Part shown: piece by piece, positions 10,201 through 19,238 of the stretch
Numbering within the stretch: the stretch's first letter is position 1
Layout: each line of letters starts with the position of its first letter
Translations under genes and position numbers: made by a program
DNA from: Cenarchaeum sp.
GTDB lineage: Archaea > Thermoproteota > Nitrososphaeria > Nitrososphaerales > Nitrosopumilaceae
Length of the DNA: 64,000 nucleotides
Direction: 5' to 3'
Assembly (NCBI GenBank): GCA_965242695.1
Contig: CBDESU010000002.1
Span: 1,536,001 to 1,600,000 of the forward strand
The notes under the pieces: generated by a model
Databases searched by the model: none
Seen by the model: the letters and a program-made list of their open reading frames with translations, nothing else
Told to the model about the DNA's origin: nothing

Positions 10201-11266
10201 ACATGGCCAGGTCTTTTTTCTTTCCCTCCTCGCCCCCTTCTGAGTATTCTGATATGATCTGCCCTATCTGCACATCGTCGAGATCCGGCACCGACATGTG
10301 GTATCTGTTGATCCCATCCTGGCCGGGCTCGCCGGATATGGCGACCAGCCTCATCCCCCTGCAGGCTTTCACCTCGTGCCATATGGTATCCCGCTCGGAG
10401 TACGTAAAGTCGTCGACTACGATGACAAGATCGGAAAAATCTGATTCGCTCACGGCAACACGATTGAGCAAGGGCCGCAGCGATCCGGGTTGGTTCGTAT
10501 AGACGATCCTCTTGCTGTATGCATCGCCTCGCGTCGCCTCTAGGACCAGCCTTGTCTTGCCGGCGCCTGGTGCGCCGGTGACCAGCACGAGGGCGGCCTC
10601 CCCGTCGTCCGACCGTAGGAGGCCCCGAAGATCGTCAATGAAGCGTCGTTGCTCTGGACCGAGATGCGCGGTCTGCCTCATGTCTGGGTGCGATGCCCAC
10701 ATTGCATGCGTGCACAGCCCCGCGGAGGGCACCGAGACTAGGAGAGACAAGCGTGGATGGCGATCCAACAGGCTCCTGATCTTTCCTAGATTCCATACCC
10801 TTACCGGCAGGCCTGCATACTCTGGGCTCCTGTCGGACAGCGCCCTTGCAAACCGCCCCTCCAGACCATCGGCGTCCGCACCAGACCCTCTCCACCCTGT
10901 GAGGATGACGACTAGGGTGCCGCCGCTGTCAAGGCACTTGCGCATGCCGTCCTTTAGCCGTCCGTCCTTCTTGAACATAGTGCGTGCGATGTCGCGCGAG
11001 TGGACAAAGGCGCCGGACTTGACCTGGTATGCCGTATGTCCCTTCTTGATCAGGCCCGTGTCGCTCTCCTTGGGGGCATCCCTTACCACAAAGTCGATGT
11101 CCCCGTCGGGGGAGGGTGCGTTGCCGGAGGTGTATATCTGATCTATGCGGATGCCAGCGCTGGCGGCTTCGGCCGCGATCATCCTCCTGGCAAGATCCTC
11201 TGCGTCCACGGGGCCGAGGAGGGCTAGCATGTCGTCCGAGACCAAGAGCGAAAGCGGATTGTTCAC
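7268..11266 (-). CDS. STAND-like P-loop NTPase with N-terminal PD-(D/E)xK nuclease-like domain and long helical C-terminus (Avs/NLR-like defence candidate)
   Basis: N-terminal PDGDIDF...YQVKSG; Walker A VTGAPGAGKTRL; Walker B VIVVDD; wHTH-like VERLRAMKVLQGESEIYITPKLL; about 800 aa helical region; 5' half visibly lower in GC. Confidence 0.75.
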   Translation of the reverse strand: MNNPLSLLVSDDMLALLGPVDAEDLARRMIAAEAASAGIRIDQIYTSGNAPSPDGDIDFVVRDAPKESDTGLIKKGHTAYQVKSGAFVHSRDIARTMFKKDGRLKDGMRKCLDSGGTLVVILTGWRGSGADADGLEGRFARALSDRSPEYAGLPVRVWNLGKIRSLLDRHPRLSLLVSVPSAGLCTHAMWASHPDMRQTAHLGPEQRRFIDDLRGLLRSDDGEAALVLVTGAPGAGKTRLVLEATRGDAYSKRIVYTNQPGSLRPLLNRVAVSESDFSDLVIVVDDFTYSERDTIWHEVKACRGMRLVAISGEPGQDGINRYHMSVPDLDDVQIGQIISEYSEGGEEGKKKDLAMWIGYSRPSPRVAHIVGENLRKNPGDASSQPVSVPVWERHIAGRYEQGSADAEVHKIVLRWISLFKTLRREGIYMRELECVASLAKENHNISRGQFMDTVERLRAMKVLQGESEIYITPKLLHLHMWAGWWKTYTAGMAPGPDRLVEVGSRRLFQSYIDMFKYAKDAPETAQIIRDMLAPGGFLESDRVLKSRLGADFFLTFSSIDPPSALAYAERAFGRAKGEDPSAGLGCRTENVAHALRMMLWHAGAFAGAMRLLLRLAAAREGARGSASGYYRNPALDSYCNALDPAASGPAAPTATPLPARLDVIGSAMRSESAEERRVAVRACGAVIGMRKHSIAMPNYEGGRPIPDPWTPSDRRGAVAYYLGVLEMIGGAALGDPDHEVRCEAAGQAVETLWQAALVPELAPQAVEIVEKVYAAGRVPDIRRLLEQIGVLLDIESGRIDAGIAARLAALRGSVEGSGFSAELRRGVGKRARIGWGDAYRAHADRTRQNLQRLADAAVHDGLRGPDMDWLVAEDGDGEGAAEGAFEFGLEVATRDEQRRIPAAAIGAMRAAAASSPSFLGGYLRGMRDGGDGEAAEEMLDGILLDGALCRHLPALTRMAGASDRAVRRLAGGVSKGRLSPKSLGVLCAGRILADGVSDGALSALVCALLESHRGDPAAGAAALGLLHACYLPASEPPDGGDGAPRGIPLQPALDVLLHGSLLGSAVEDHGGVPKWEGLCAAFVRQHPDCAPRLAEAAIARLCRRPPAPALPVLPAPPAGSDPLLDVLTEAARLRPREVWDAVASRLASAEVGGDKQVAHHLYAWIKAGAAARVLPMPDVMRWAEERPDERPASLSRSLPPDFAAVRDFVARFGGDRDVRACISGAFLMGAYEGSILSHYAGKRAQALRLYRGENDPNVLAWLDHHIESIDACIAQLAPEAGLAAAEAPAGRRLAAQGRPRAEDAAAKGAGRARAVAMQAATAGGGGHPRGKR

Positions 11267-11463
11267 GCACGGACGCGATTATGGCCCCCGCTTAAACCGT
11301 GCTATCGGCGCATCTGCCGCCCGATGCGCACTGTGTCGCCCCCGCTGTCCTCGCCTCTTCTACACCGGCCTCCCGACGTCCTTGAGCCCCCTCAACCCCT
11401 CGCAACAGACGGCAGGCGCCTGGCCATGAGGCGCCCGCCTAGGGCGAATCCCACCTCTTCGTA

Positions 11464-12270
11464 CTAGCGCGCCGCATCGGAGAAAAGCCCGTTGCGCCGG
11501 GCCGTCTTGCGGTCACTTGCGCTGGCGCGAGATCGGCCTTGCCATGCTTGCCCCCTGTGGCCGAGCCTGACAAGAATGTCTGCCACCTCTTCGTAGGTGA
11601 CGTCTTTGCCGATTATCTGCACCGGGTACAGGTATGCGTCCCCTGTGTTGCGCAACCTGTTGAGCCTCTCGAGGTACTTGCCGTAGTTGGGGTTGGACAG
11701 CCCTGTGCTTTTTTCAGCGATGACTGAGGCGACACCCTCCTTGAACAGCTTCGTGACGGGTATCCACTCCTTGCCCCCCCCCCCTCCGCGCCCCTGCTTT
11801 TCAGCCGAAAGATCGGGTGATCCGCCCGGCCCGGCCGCTGTTTGCATTCCTCGTCTCCAATTCTGCGCCCTTCTTTCATGTCTTCGGTGGTTGGGTTCTC
11901 GGGGTGGCCCATGTTGAAGTGTATCTCGACTGGCCTTGCCGCAGCCTGGCCGCCGCTTACCCTGACGGGCATGCTCGCCAACACGGCCGCAAGCGATGCG
12001 AGCCGCTGGTGCCCGTCAAGCAGGAGGTACGACGGCCCGGATGCGGGGCGTCCCGGCCCCTTTGAGGCCGCCGCTCCGCGCACCCTGGGCGGCCCGTCTG
12101 TCTCCCACAACAGTATGGATCCCGACAGGTATCCTTTGTATATCGAGTCGATCAGTTCGCAGACCTGCTCCTTGCCCCACGCGTATTTTCTTTGCGTTTC
12201 GAGCAGCTGTATGTCGTTGTCGATGAACTCCCCTGACGAGCCTGTTGATCGACCAGTACAGGTCGTCCAT
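11464..12270 (-). pseudogene. Frameshifted, truncated DUF262 (GmrS/ParB-like) restriction-type gene
   Basis: Fragments in successive frames: MDDLYWSINRLVR / EFIDNDIQLLETQRKYAWGKEQVCELIDSIYKGYLSGSILLWET...LLLDGHQRLASL / KEWIPVTKLF...EEVADILVRL / ADLAPAQVTAR. These match the DUF262 QR, DGQQR and FxRxN motifs in degenerate form. Confidence 0.8.
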
Positions 12271-12557
12271 GGCCGGCGGGGGGCGGATCCGTACTTGACT
12301 CCTCTGCCGCTTCCTGGCTGGCCTACCGGCGCAGCGTGGTTGGCCAAACGGCCGCGGTGCATGGACCCCGTGAGCGGCACGCCGGGCCGCTTGCGTGGCG
12401 GGCGAGTGGGCGGGCGGGCGCAGGGGCCCCTGCGCCGCTTGGGCGCACTCGGCGCCGGGAAGGCGGCCCTGAAGGGCGCGCCGGCCGCGGCGCCCGCGCT
12501 GTCCCTAGCTACAGCTAAAAACCGATCCTTATTTAACGGCCCCCCCAACGGGCGCCC

Positions 12558-13610
12558 GTGGTTTCGATGCGGGCTGCCGGCATTGCGGCTGCGGCGGCTG
12601 TGGCCGCCGTTGCAGTGGCCGTTGCTACTGTGGGCAGCGGGCAGGCGGGGGATGCCGGCGTCCGCGTCGCGTTCTTCCCGAACGTCGGGCACGCCATACC
12701 GGTGGTGGGCACAGAGCTCGGCATGTTCGGCGAAGATGTCGAGGCGCGCGTGTTCTACAGCGGCCCTCAGGCAGTCGAGTCGCTCTTTGCCGGATCGATG
12801 GACATGGCATACGTCGGGCCGGGGCCGGCGGTCAGCGCGTACCTGCGCTCCGAGTCCGACCGGATTGTCGTGCTCTCGGGGGCGGCCAGCGGTGGGTCTA
12901 GCCTTGTCGCTCAGCCGGGGTCGGCCCCGTCCCGGGCCGCCGCCGCTTCGAACGCCGCGGCCGGCGGCGGCGCGGCCCATGCCCCTGTCGCGCTCGCACT
13001 CGACGGCCTGACGGTGGCCGCCCCGCAGGTGGCCAACACGCAGGACGTCTCGCTGCGGACGTTCGTCAGGCAGGCCGGCCTCGAGACGGCCGAGCGGGGC
13101 GGCTCGGTGCGCGTCCTCAACGTGGCCAACCCGGAGGCGTACGCCCTGTTCGCGCGAGGCGAGATCGACGCGGCGTGGGTGCCAGAGCCCTGGGCCACAA
13201 TGCTCGTCGCCGAGCAGGGCGGCGAGCGGCTGTTCCGCGAGGAGGCGCTCTGGCCGGACGGCCGCTTTGCGTCCGTCCTGCTCGTGGCGCGCTCCGGGTT
13301 CGCCGAGGCCAACCCAGAGGCGGTCGCCGGATGGCTTGCCGCGCACGACGCGGCTGCCGGGTGGATACGCGACAACCCCGACGAGGCGCGCGCCGCGTTC
13401 GCGCGGTTCCTCGACAGGGAGGTCGGCGCCTCGTTCCCGGACGTTGTGATGGCCGAGGCGTTCTCGAACATCGAGATTACGGCCGACCCCGTCGAGCACT
13501 CCGTCGCCGAGTTCGCATCCAGGGCGGCGCAGCTGGGATACCTTGGCAGGGGTGCGGCCGGGCTGGGAGGCGGCGAGCTCGTGGGCGGGATGTTCCATGG
13601 CTCGGCGTAG
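12558..13610 (+). CDS. ABC transporter substrate-binding protein (SsuA/TauA/NitT family)
   Basis: Signal peptide; FFPNVGHA, YVGPGPA, NTQDV, AWVPEPW motifs; first gene of an ABC triad. Confidence 0.88.
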   Translation: MVSMRAAGIAAAAAVAAVAVAVATVGSGQAGDAGVRVAFFPNVGHAIPVVGTELGMFGEDVEARVFYSGPQAVESLFAGSMDMAYVGPGPAVSAYLRSESDRIVVLSGAASGGSSLVAQPGSAPSRAAAASNAAAGGGAAHAPVALALDGLTVAAPQVANTQDVSLRTFVRQAGLETAERGGSVRVLNVANPEAYALFARGEIDAAWVPEPWATMLVAEQGGERLFREEALWPDGRFASVLLVARSGFAEANPEAVAGWLAAHDAAAGWIRDNPDEARAAFARFLDREVGASFPDVVMAEAFSNIEITADPVEHSVAEFASRAAQLGYLGRGAAGLGGGELVGGMFHGSA

Positions 13611-13673
13611 GGGCCGCCCGCGCCGGCGGGGGGAGCCGGGGGCGGCGGAGCGGGAGAGGGGGGCGGTGCGCTA

Positions 13674-14498
13674 ATGGCATCGCTCGAGGCGCGCCGGATT
13701 GTAAAGCACTTTCCGCTCGGCGGCTACCGGCTCAAGGCGCTTGCCGGGATCGACCTGAGGGTCGACGACGGGGAGTTCATCTGCATCGTGGGGCCCTCGG
13801 GCTGCGGCAAGTCGACGCTCCTCCGGATCATCGCGGGCCTGGAAGAGCCCGACTCGGGCGAGATACTCCTCAACGGCAAGCCCGTGTCGGGGACGGGGCC
13901 CGAGCGGATAATGGTGTTCCAGGAGGGCGCGCTGTTTCCCTGGCTGAGCGTCTCGGACAACGTCGAGTTCGGCCTCAAGATGGCCGGCATACCGAAGGAC
14001 GAGAGGTCGGCGATATCGGGGCGGTACCTAGACATGATGCAGCTGTCCGACTTTGCCGACTCGTACACGTACCAGCTGTCGACGGGCATGAAGCAGAGGG
14101 TGGCCATTGCGCGCGCCCTCGTCATGGATCCCGACGTGCTCCTCATGGACGAGCCGTTCGCCGCGCTCGACGCACAGACGCGCGACCTGCTGCTCGCCGA
14201 GATGCAGGTGATATGGCAGCGAACCAAGAAGACCATACTGTTCGTCACGCACAACGTCGCCGAGGCGGCCGTCCTGGCGTCTAGGGTCGTCGTCTTCTCC
14301 AACCGCCCGTCGACGGTGAGGGCCGCGCTGCCCGTCGACCTGCCGCGGCCGCGCGCCGCCGAGGACGAGGGGGCCGCCGCCGTGCAGCGCGCAATCCTCG
14401 CCGAGCTGCGCCCCAAGGCGCGCGGGCGGCCGGGCGGCGGCGGAGGGGGCGGCGAGGCGGCGGCCAGTAGCGGCGGCGGAGGGGGCGGGACGCCGTGA
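13674..14498 (+). CDS. ABC transporter ATP-binding protein (NitT/TauT family)
   Basis: GPSGCGKST, LSTGMKQR, LLMDEPFAALD, FVTH. Confidence 0.93.
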   Translation: MASLEARRIVKHFPLGGYRLKALAGIDLRVDDGEFICIVGPSGCGKSTLLRIIAGLEEPDSGEILLNGKPVSGTGPERIMVFQEGALFPWLSVSDNVEFGLKMAGIPKDERSAISGRYLDMMQLSDFADSYTYQLSTGMKQRVAIARALVMDPDVLLMDEPFAALDAQTRDLLLAEMQVIWQRTKKTILFVTHNVAEAAVLASRVVVFSNRPSTVRAALPVDLPRPRAAEDEGAAAVQRAILAELRPKARGRPGGGGGGGEAAASSGGGGGGTP

Positions 14499-15256
14499 GG
14501 CTAGGCAGGTCGCGCGCCGCGCGCATCATATTCTATGTCGGGATAGTTGCCGCATGGCAGGCGGTGGCCGACGCCAACGTCTGGCCCGGCGAGATATTTC
14601 CGTCGCCGTACGAGGTGGCCGGGGACCTCGCATACGGCGCGGCCGACGGGAGCCTGTTCTACGGGATCGGAACGTCGATGTGGCGCCTACTCGCCGGCCT
14701 GTCGATCGCCATTGCCGGCGGCATTGTCCTGGGCGTGCTCATGGCCCGGGTGAGGATCGTCAACGACACGATCGGCTCGCTCGTGCTCGGGCTCCAGTCG
14801 ATACCGTCGGTCGCGTGGGTGCCGCTCGGCCTGATATGGTACGGCCCGTTCGATGCGGGGATAATCTTCGTGACCGCGATAGGGGCCGTGTTCGCGGTGA
14901 CCATAAACACCTACACGGGGGTCAAGAACATCGATCCCCACTACGTCGAGGCTGCGCGCAACATGGGAGCGCGCGGCGGGCAGCTCGTGACTAGCGTGCT
15001 CCTGCCGGCGGCGTTTCCGTACATGATCGCGGGGTTCAAGCAGGGGTGGGCGTTCGCGTGGCGCGGCGTCATCGGCGCCGAGCTGCTCTTCTCGTACCTG
15101 GGCCTCGGGTCGCTCCTCAACGTCGGCAGGTTCACCAACGACGTCTCGCAGGTGATCGCGGTCATGCTGGTGATAATGGCGATAGGGATGGTCGTCGACG
15201 GCGTCGTGTTCCGGCGGCTCGAGGACAGGGTGATGTCGAGGTGGGGGCTGCGGTGA
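14495..15256 (+). CDS. ABC transporter permease (SsuC/TauC family)
   Basis: Multiple TM helices, QSIPSVAWVPL, EAARNMGA (EAA loop), VIGAEL; GTGA overlap with the ATPase. Confidence 0.92.
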   Translation: MRLGRSRAARIIFYVGIVAAWQAVADANVWPGEIFPSPYEVAGDLAYGAADGSLFYGIGTSMWRLLAGLSIAIAGGIVLGVLMARVRIVNDTIGSLVLGLQSIPSVAWVPLGLIWYGPFDAGIIFVTAIGAVFAVTINTYTGVKNIDPHYVEAARNMGARGGQLVTSVLLPAAFPYMIAGFKQGWAFAWRGVIGAELLFSYLGLGSLLNVGRFTNDVSQVIAVMLVIMAIGMVVDGVVFRRLEDRVMSRWGLR

Positions 15257-15302
15257 GCGGCCCTGGCTGCGCGGCGCGCGGCCGGCGCGGGGCCGCGGCG
15301 GG

Positions 15303-16175
15303 TTGATCCGCCCCCGCCCGCGCCCACGGCGCGGCCCCTCCCTGAAGGAGCTGCTGCTCTGGACGTTCCGGCGCAGCGAGCGCGATGTCGTCCGCATGTA
15401 CGACTACCTGTCGGACATGATGAGGCTGGCTGCCGGCGGCTCGATGCTCAACTTTGGGTGCGCCCCTGCCGCCGGCGGGTACACCCCCGCCGTGGCCCAG
15501 AGTGCCCTGTGCGCAGAGTTCGCCGGCCTGGCGCGGCTCGGCCCGGGCCAGGTCGTCGTCGACGTAGGCAGCGGCTACGGATCGCCGGCGGCCGTATGGT
15601 GCAATGCGCACCGACCGCGCCGCATCGTATGCGTCAACACCAACCTGGGGCAGCTGCGCGGCTCGGAGCGCCGGCCGGCGGCCGACAGGGCGAACGCGTC
15701 GGCAGCCGGCATTCCCCTGCGCGACGGCTCCGCCGACAGGGTGCTTGCGTTCGAGTCGGCCCAGCACTTTAGGCCGCTGTCGGCGTTCGTAGGCGAGGCG
15801 CGCCGAGTGCTGCGGCCCGGCGGCATACTGGCCCTGGCCCTGCCGGTCATGGCCCGGGGCGGCGCGGCCGAGACCGCGCGGCTCGGGCTACTGGCCCTGA
15901 CATGGTCGTCCGAGCACTACTCGGCAGACGCCGTCCTGTCTGTCCTCGGCCGCGGGTTCACGGTGTCCGAGCGCCGGATGATCGGGCCGCGGGTGTACGG
16001 GCCACTTGCCGACTACTACGAGGAGAACAGGGCCGCCATGCGAGAGCGCATACTACAAAGGTATCCCGGATACGTCGAGGGGATACTCCACAAGTCCCTT
16101 GCTAGGATGAAGGCCGTCTCGGACGGCGGCGTCATAGACTACATGATGGTGGCATGCGAGCGGGGGCGGGACTAG
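15303..16175 (+). CDS. Class I SAM-dependent methyltransferase (sterol/tocopherol MT-like)
   Basis: MLNFG, VVDVGSGYG, FESAQHF, RVLRPGG motifs. Confidence 0.85.
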   Translation: MIRPRPRPRRGPSLKELLLWTFRRSERDVVRMYDYLSDMMRLAAGGSMLNFGCAPAAGGYTPAVAQSALCAEFAGLARLGPGQVVVDVGSGYGSPAAVWCNAHRPRRIVCVNTNLGQLRGSERRPAADRANASAAGIPLRDGSADRVLAFESAQHFRPLSAFVGEARRVLRPGGILALALPVMARGGAAETARLGLLALTWSSEHYSADAVLSVLGRGFTVSERRMIGPRVYGPLADYYEENRAAMRERILQRYPGYVEGILHKSLARMKAVSDGGVIDYMMVACERGRD

Positions 16176-16243
16176 GGCTATCGTGGCCGCCATGTTGCAC
16201 TGGAGGGCATGTGCCTGACTTCTAGCATCGCATATCGTGCGCA

Positions 16244-16445
16244 CCGTTCGAACTCTCTAACGGCTCTTTATAAACACCCGTTCGAACTCTCTAACGGCTC
16301 TTTATAAACACCCGTTCGAACTCTCTAACGGCTCTTTATAAACACCCGTTCGAACTCTCTAACGGCTCTTTATAAACACCCGTTCGAACTCTCTAACGGC
16401 TCTTTATAAACACCCGTTCGAACTCTCTAGCGCTTTTTATAACAT
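16244..16445. repeat. Tandem array of a 34-bp unit (CCGTTCGAACTCTCTAACGGCTCTTTATAAACAC), five perfect copies plus one degenerate copy
   Basis: Unit starts at 16244, 16278, 16312, 16346, 16380 and 16414 (last copy degenerate). No spacers. Each perfect unit has TTTATAAA, the palindrome GTTCGAAC and the inverted pair CCGTT/AACGG. Confidence 0.97.
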
Positions 16446-16464
16446 AGTCTAGGCACACCCCTCG

Positions 16465-17949
16465 TTGAGGATTGATCTCGAGGCGTACAACCCGTGGTGG
16501 TCTAAACCGTCTATACTAGACGACCACCCGCTCATTAAGGCGTGGTCTCGGTCTCGCATTCGACATGATCCTAGCCCTCGCCTTGCCTTTCAGCATGATG
16601 ATCTAGTCTACTCGCTCCGCGGACCGCGACGTGTGGGCAAGACTACATTTCTAATGAGGGCGGTGCAAACTCTACTACGTGCGATGCCCCCACAAAACAT
16701 CTTCTACTATTCATTCGAGATAGAGAATAACCCCGTTGATATCGTCAATGCTGTCCGCGGGTACCTGGCAAAGTTCAATGATGCACATGGCCGTAGATTC
16801 CTACTTCTTGACGAAATATCAAATGTAAAGGACTGGCAAAAGGCCATCAAGAAGCTGTGGGATATGGGATACCTTGAAGAATGCACTGTCCTCGTCACAG
16901 GATCCAACTCTGCGGACATTCGTGGGCCGGCAGAAACCATGCCTGGACGCCGTGGTGTGCCTGGCCCAGACGACCCACTAGACAAGGTGCTTGCCCCCAC
17001 CAGCTTTGGTGAATATATCGAGCTGATAGATCCATCGATAAAAAAGACACTCGATGCTCTGTCTTTATCCGATCCACTTGAAAAGGTTCGCGTGTTCTTG
17101 AGACTCTGCAATGGTAATGTGGACGAGCGACTGCACCGCCTCTTTGCACATCAGGACGGCTTGGAATCCCACCTGAAAGACTACCTTTTATCTGGTGGAA
17201 TGCCGTACGTAGCAAACGAGTTGCTTGCTACCCAAACCATAAAACCCGCTACATACGCGCAGTGCCTGTCTTCAATAAAGACTGATTTGTTGCTTACAGG
17301 ACATAATGTCCAGCGAATATTCAGAATACTCCCCAATATAATAAATTCGCTAGGAACACCCGTCTCTTGGAGCTCCCTTCGAAAGGCGACGGATGTGAGC
17401 AGCCACTACATGATCGAAAATTCAATCATGGCCCTTAATGACTCATTTATCACCTTCATGCTCTACAAATACGACTCGACGAGAAAATCACCGAAATATG
17501 ATGCTCCTAAAAAGCTATATTTTTCTGATCCATACTTTCTACACGCACTGAGTGAAGGCAGCTCCGACAATTTGTTTATTAAGAGCCGACATCGGACTGA
17601 GTCGCAGCAACTCCTCCCCGCGCTGATCGAACAGGCCGTGGCCGAACATGCGGCGCGCCTCGCGTTCGCCATGTCTAAAAACAAGCTCATGTTCGAGCGT
17701 GCCGAATCTGTCTTTTACTGGCAAAGCCGGCGCGGGCGAGAGGTCGACGTGGTCTTCCCCATTCAGGACGACCTTGCCGCAATAGAGGTGAAGTATCAGG
17801 GCCAGATCAGGGGGGATGACCTGCAGGGCCTCTACGATCTTCGAAGGGCGACGGGATTGCAGGGGGGCATTGTCGTGACGCGAGACATGCTGGACACCCG
17901 CTCGGGAGTGGCACTTGTGCCCGCATTCATGTTTCTTCTCTTGGCGTAG
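16465..17949 (+). CDS. AAA_14 ATPase with C-terminal DUF4143 (PD-(D/E)xK-like) domain
   Basis: YNPWW; Walker A GPRRVGKTT; Walker B LLLDEI; VTGS; GGMP; KKLYFSDP; YWQSRRGREVDVV...AIEVK. Markedly AT-richer than its flanks. Confidence 0.88.
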   Translation: MRIDLEAYNPWWSKPSILDDHPLIKAWSRSRIRHDPSPRLAFQHDDLVYSLRGPRRVGKTTFLMRAVQTLLRAMPPQNIFYYSFEIENNPVDIVNAVRGYLAKFNDAHGRRFLLLDEISNVKDWQKAIKKLWDMGYLEECTVLVTGSNSADIRGPAETMPGRRGVPGPDDPLDKVLAPTSFGEYIELIDPSIKKTLDALSLSDPLEKVRVFLRLCNGNVDERLHRLFAHQDGLESHLKDYLLSGGMPYVANELLATQTIKPATYAQCLSSIKTDLLLTGHNVQRIFRILPNIINSLGTPVSWSSLRKATDVSSHYMIENSIMALNDSFITFMLYKYDSTRKSPKYDAPKKLYFSDPYFLHALSEGSSDNLFIKSRHRTESQQLLPALIEQAVAEHAARLAFAMSKNKLMFERAESVFYWQSRRGREVDVVFPIQDDLAAIEVKYQGQIRGDDLQGLYDLRRATGLQGGIVVTRDMLDTRSGVALVPAFMFLLLA

Positions 17950-18051
17950 ATGCGGCGCGGGACTGCTTTGCCTCGCCGTCAGGGTTGCGGCTGGTCTGCC
18001 TGGTCAGGCTGCCGGCATGGGTTATAATCGGGCGGCGGGAGGGGCCGGCGG

Positions 18052-19038
18052 ATGGCAGACAGGGAGGGCTTCATGGCGGCGCTAGGCAGGAGGGTGCTGC
18101 TGTTCGACGGCGCGATGGGCACCGAGATACAGCGGCTCGGCCCGAAGCAGGACGACTTTCCCGACGGCCGAGAGGGGTTCAACGACGGGCTCGTCCTCAC
18201 GCGCCCCGACTGGATACGAGGCATACACGAGTCGTACCTGAGGGCCGGCGCCGACTGCATCGAGACGAACACGTTCGGCTCGAACCGCGTAAAGCTAGAG
18301 GAGTACGGGTTCGGAGAGCGGACGGTCGAGATCAACGAGAGGGCAGCCCGCCTGGCGGCCGAGGCCGTGGCGAACGTCCCGGGCCCCGACGGCAGGGCCC
18401 GCTACGTTGTCGGCTCGATGGGCCCCACCGGCTTTCTGCCGAGCTCGGACGATGCGGACCTCGGCCGGCGGCCGCTCGACGACATCTCGTCCGCGTTCAG
18501 GGATCAGGCAGTAGGGCTGATTAGGGGCGGCGCCGATGCGCTGCTGATCGAGACGAGCCAGGACATACTAGAGGTGAAGCTGGCCGTCGAGGGCTCGCGG
18601 GCCGCCATGGAGTCAGAGGGCAGGCGCCTGCCGCTGATCGCCAACGCGACGCTAGACCAGTACGGCAAGATGCTCCTCGGCACGGACGTGCAGGCGGCGT
18701 ACACGACGGCGTCGGGCATGGGGATAGACGTGTTCGGGCTCAACTGCTCTACGGGGCCCGTCGAGATGGAGCCGAGCGTGAGGTGGCTCGACGAGAACGG
18801 GGGGCACGATCTGCTCGTCGTGCCCAACGCGGGGATGCCCCGCAACGAGGGGGGCAGGGCCGTGTACGAGATGAAGCCGGACGCAATGGCCGGCGCGATC
18901 GCCTCGATTGTGGGGGCATGTCCGCGCGTGAGGATCGTCGGCGGGTGCTGCGGGACGGCGCCGGAGCACATAGCGGCCCTGCGCGCGGCGATCGACAGCA
19001 TGGAGCGGGATGCCGCCGTCGCAACCGCCGACGGCTAG
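18052..19038 (+). CDS. metH: Methionine synthase, homocysteine-binding (S-methyltransferase) subunit of split MetH
   Basis: FDGAMGT, AGADCIETNTFG, GLNCSTGP, PNAGMP, GGCCGT (Zn ligands). Confidence 0.93.
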   Translation: MADREGFMAALGRRVLLFDGAMGTEIQRLGPKQDDFPDGREGFNDGLVLTRPDWIRGIHESYLRAGADCIETNTFGSNRVKLEEYGFGERTVEINERAARLAAEAVANVPGPDGRARYVVGSMGPTGFLPSSDDADLGRRPLDDISSAFRDQAVGLIRGGADALLIETSQDILEVKLAVEGSRAAMESEGRRLPLIANATLDQYGKMLLGTDVQAAYTTASGMGIDVFGLNCSTGPVEMEPSVRWLDENGGHDLLVVPNAGMPRNEGGRAVYEMKPDAMAGAIASIVGACPRVRIVGGCCGTAPEHIAALRAAIDSMERDAAVATADG

Positions 19039-19183
19039 CCGTTGCGGCCTCAAACCCTCCTAGGGCGCGCGCAGTCCCCTGCATGCGGGCGCGGCCGGCC
19101 GCGCGGGCTCGCAACAGTGAGGGGGTCGCCTGGCGCCCGCGGCGCCTGGCTCCGCCTTGCCCCGCGCCGCCGGTGCGACATGA

Positions 19184-19238
19184 CACGTATTTTGGCGAGC
19201 CAATGCTATATACTGCAATTATCCTCACAAAATACATG
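19184..19238 (+). promoter_or_regulatory. Imperfect inverted repeat around a TATATA box; likely AbiEi autoregulatory operator
   Basis: GTATTTTG (19187-19194) and CAAAATAC (19228-19235) flank TATATA at about 19207-19212, directly before ATG 19236. Confidence 0.55.

Noticed and set aside
11613-13598. 661-aa minus-strand ORF as one protein
   Set aside because: Most of it is the antisense shadow of the ABC binding protein; only the last part is the DUF262 pseudogene fragment.
16244-16445. 34-bp array as a CRISPR array
   Set aside because: Units are head-to-tail identical with no unique spacers, and no cas genes are in the window.
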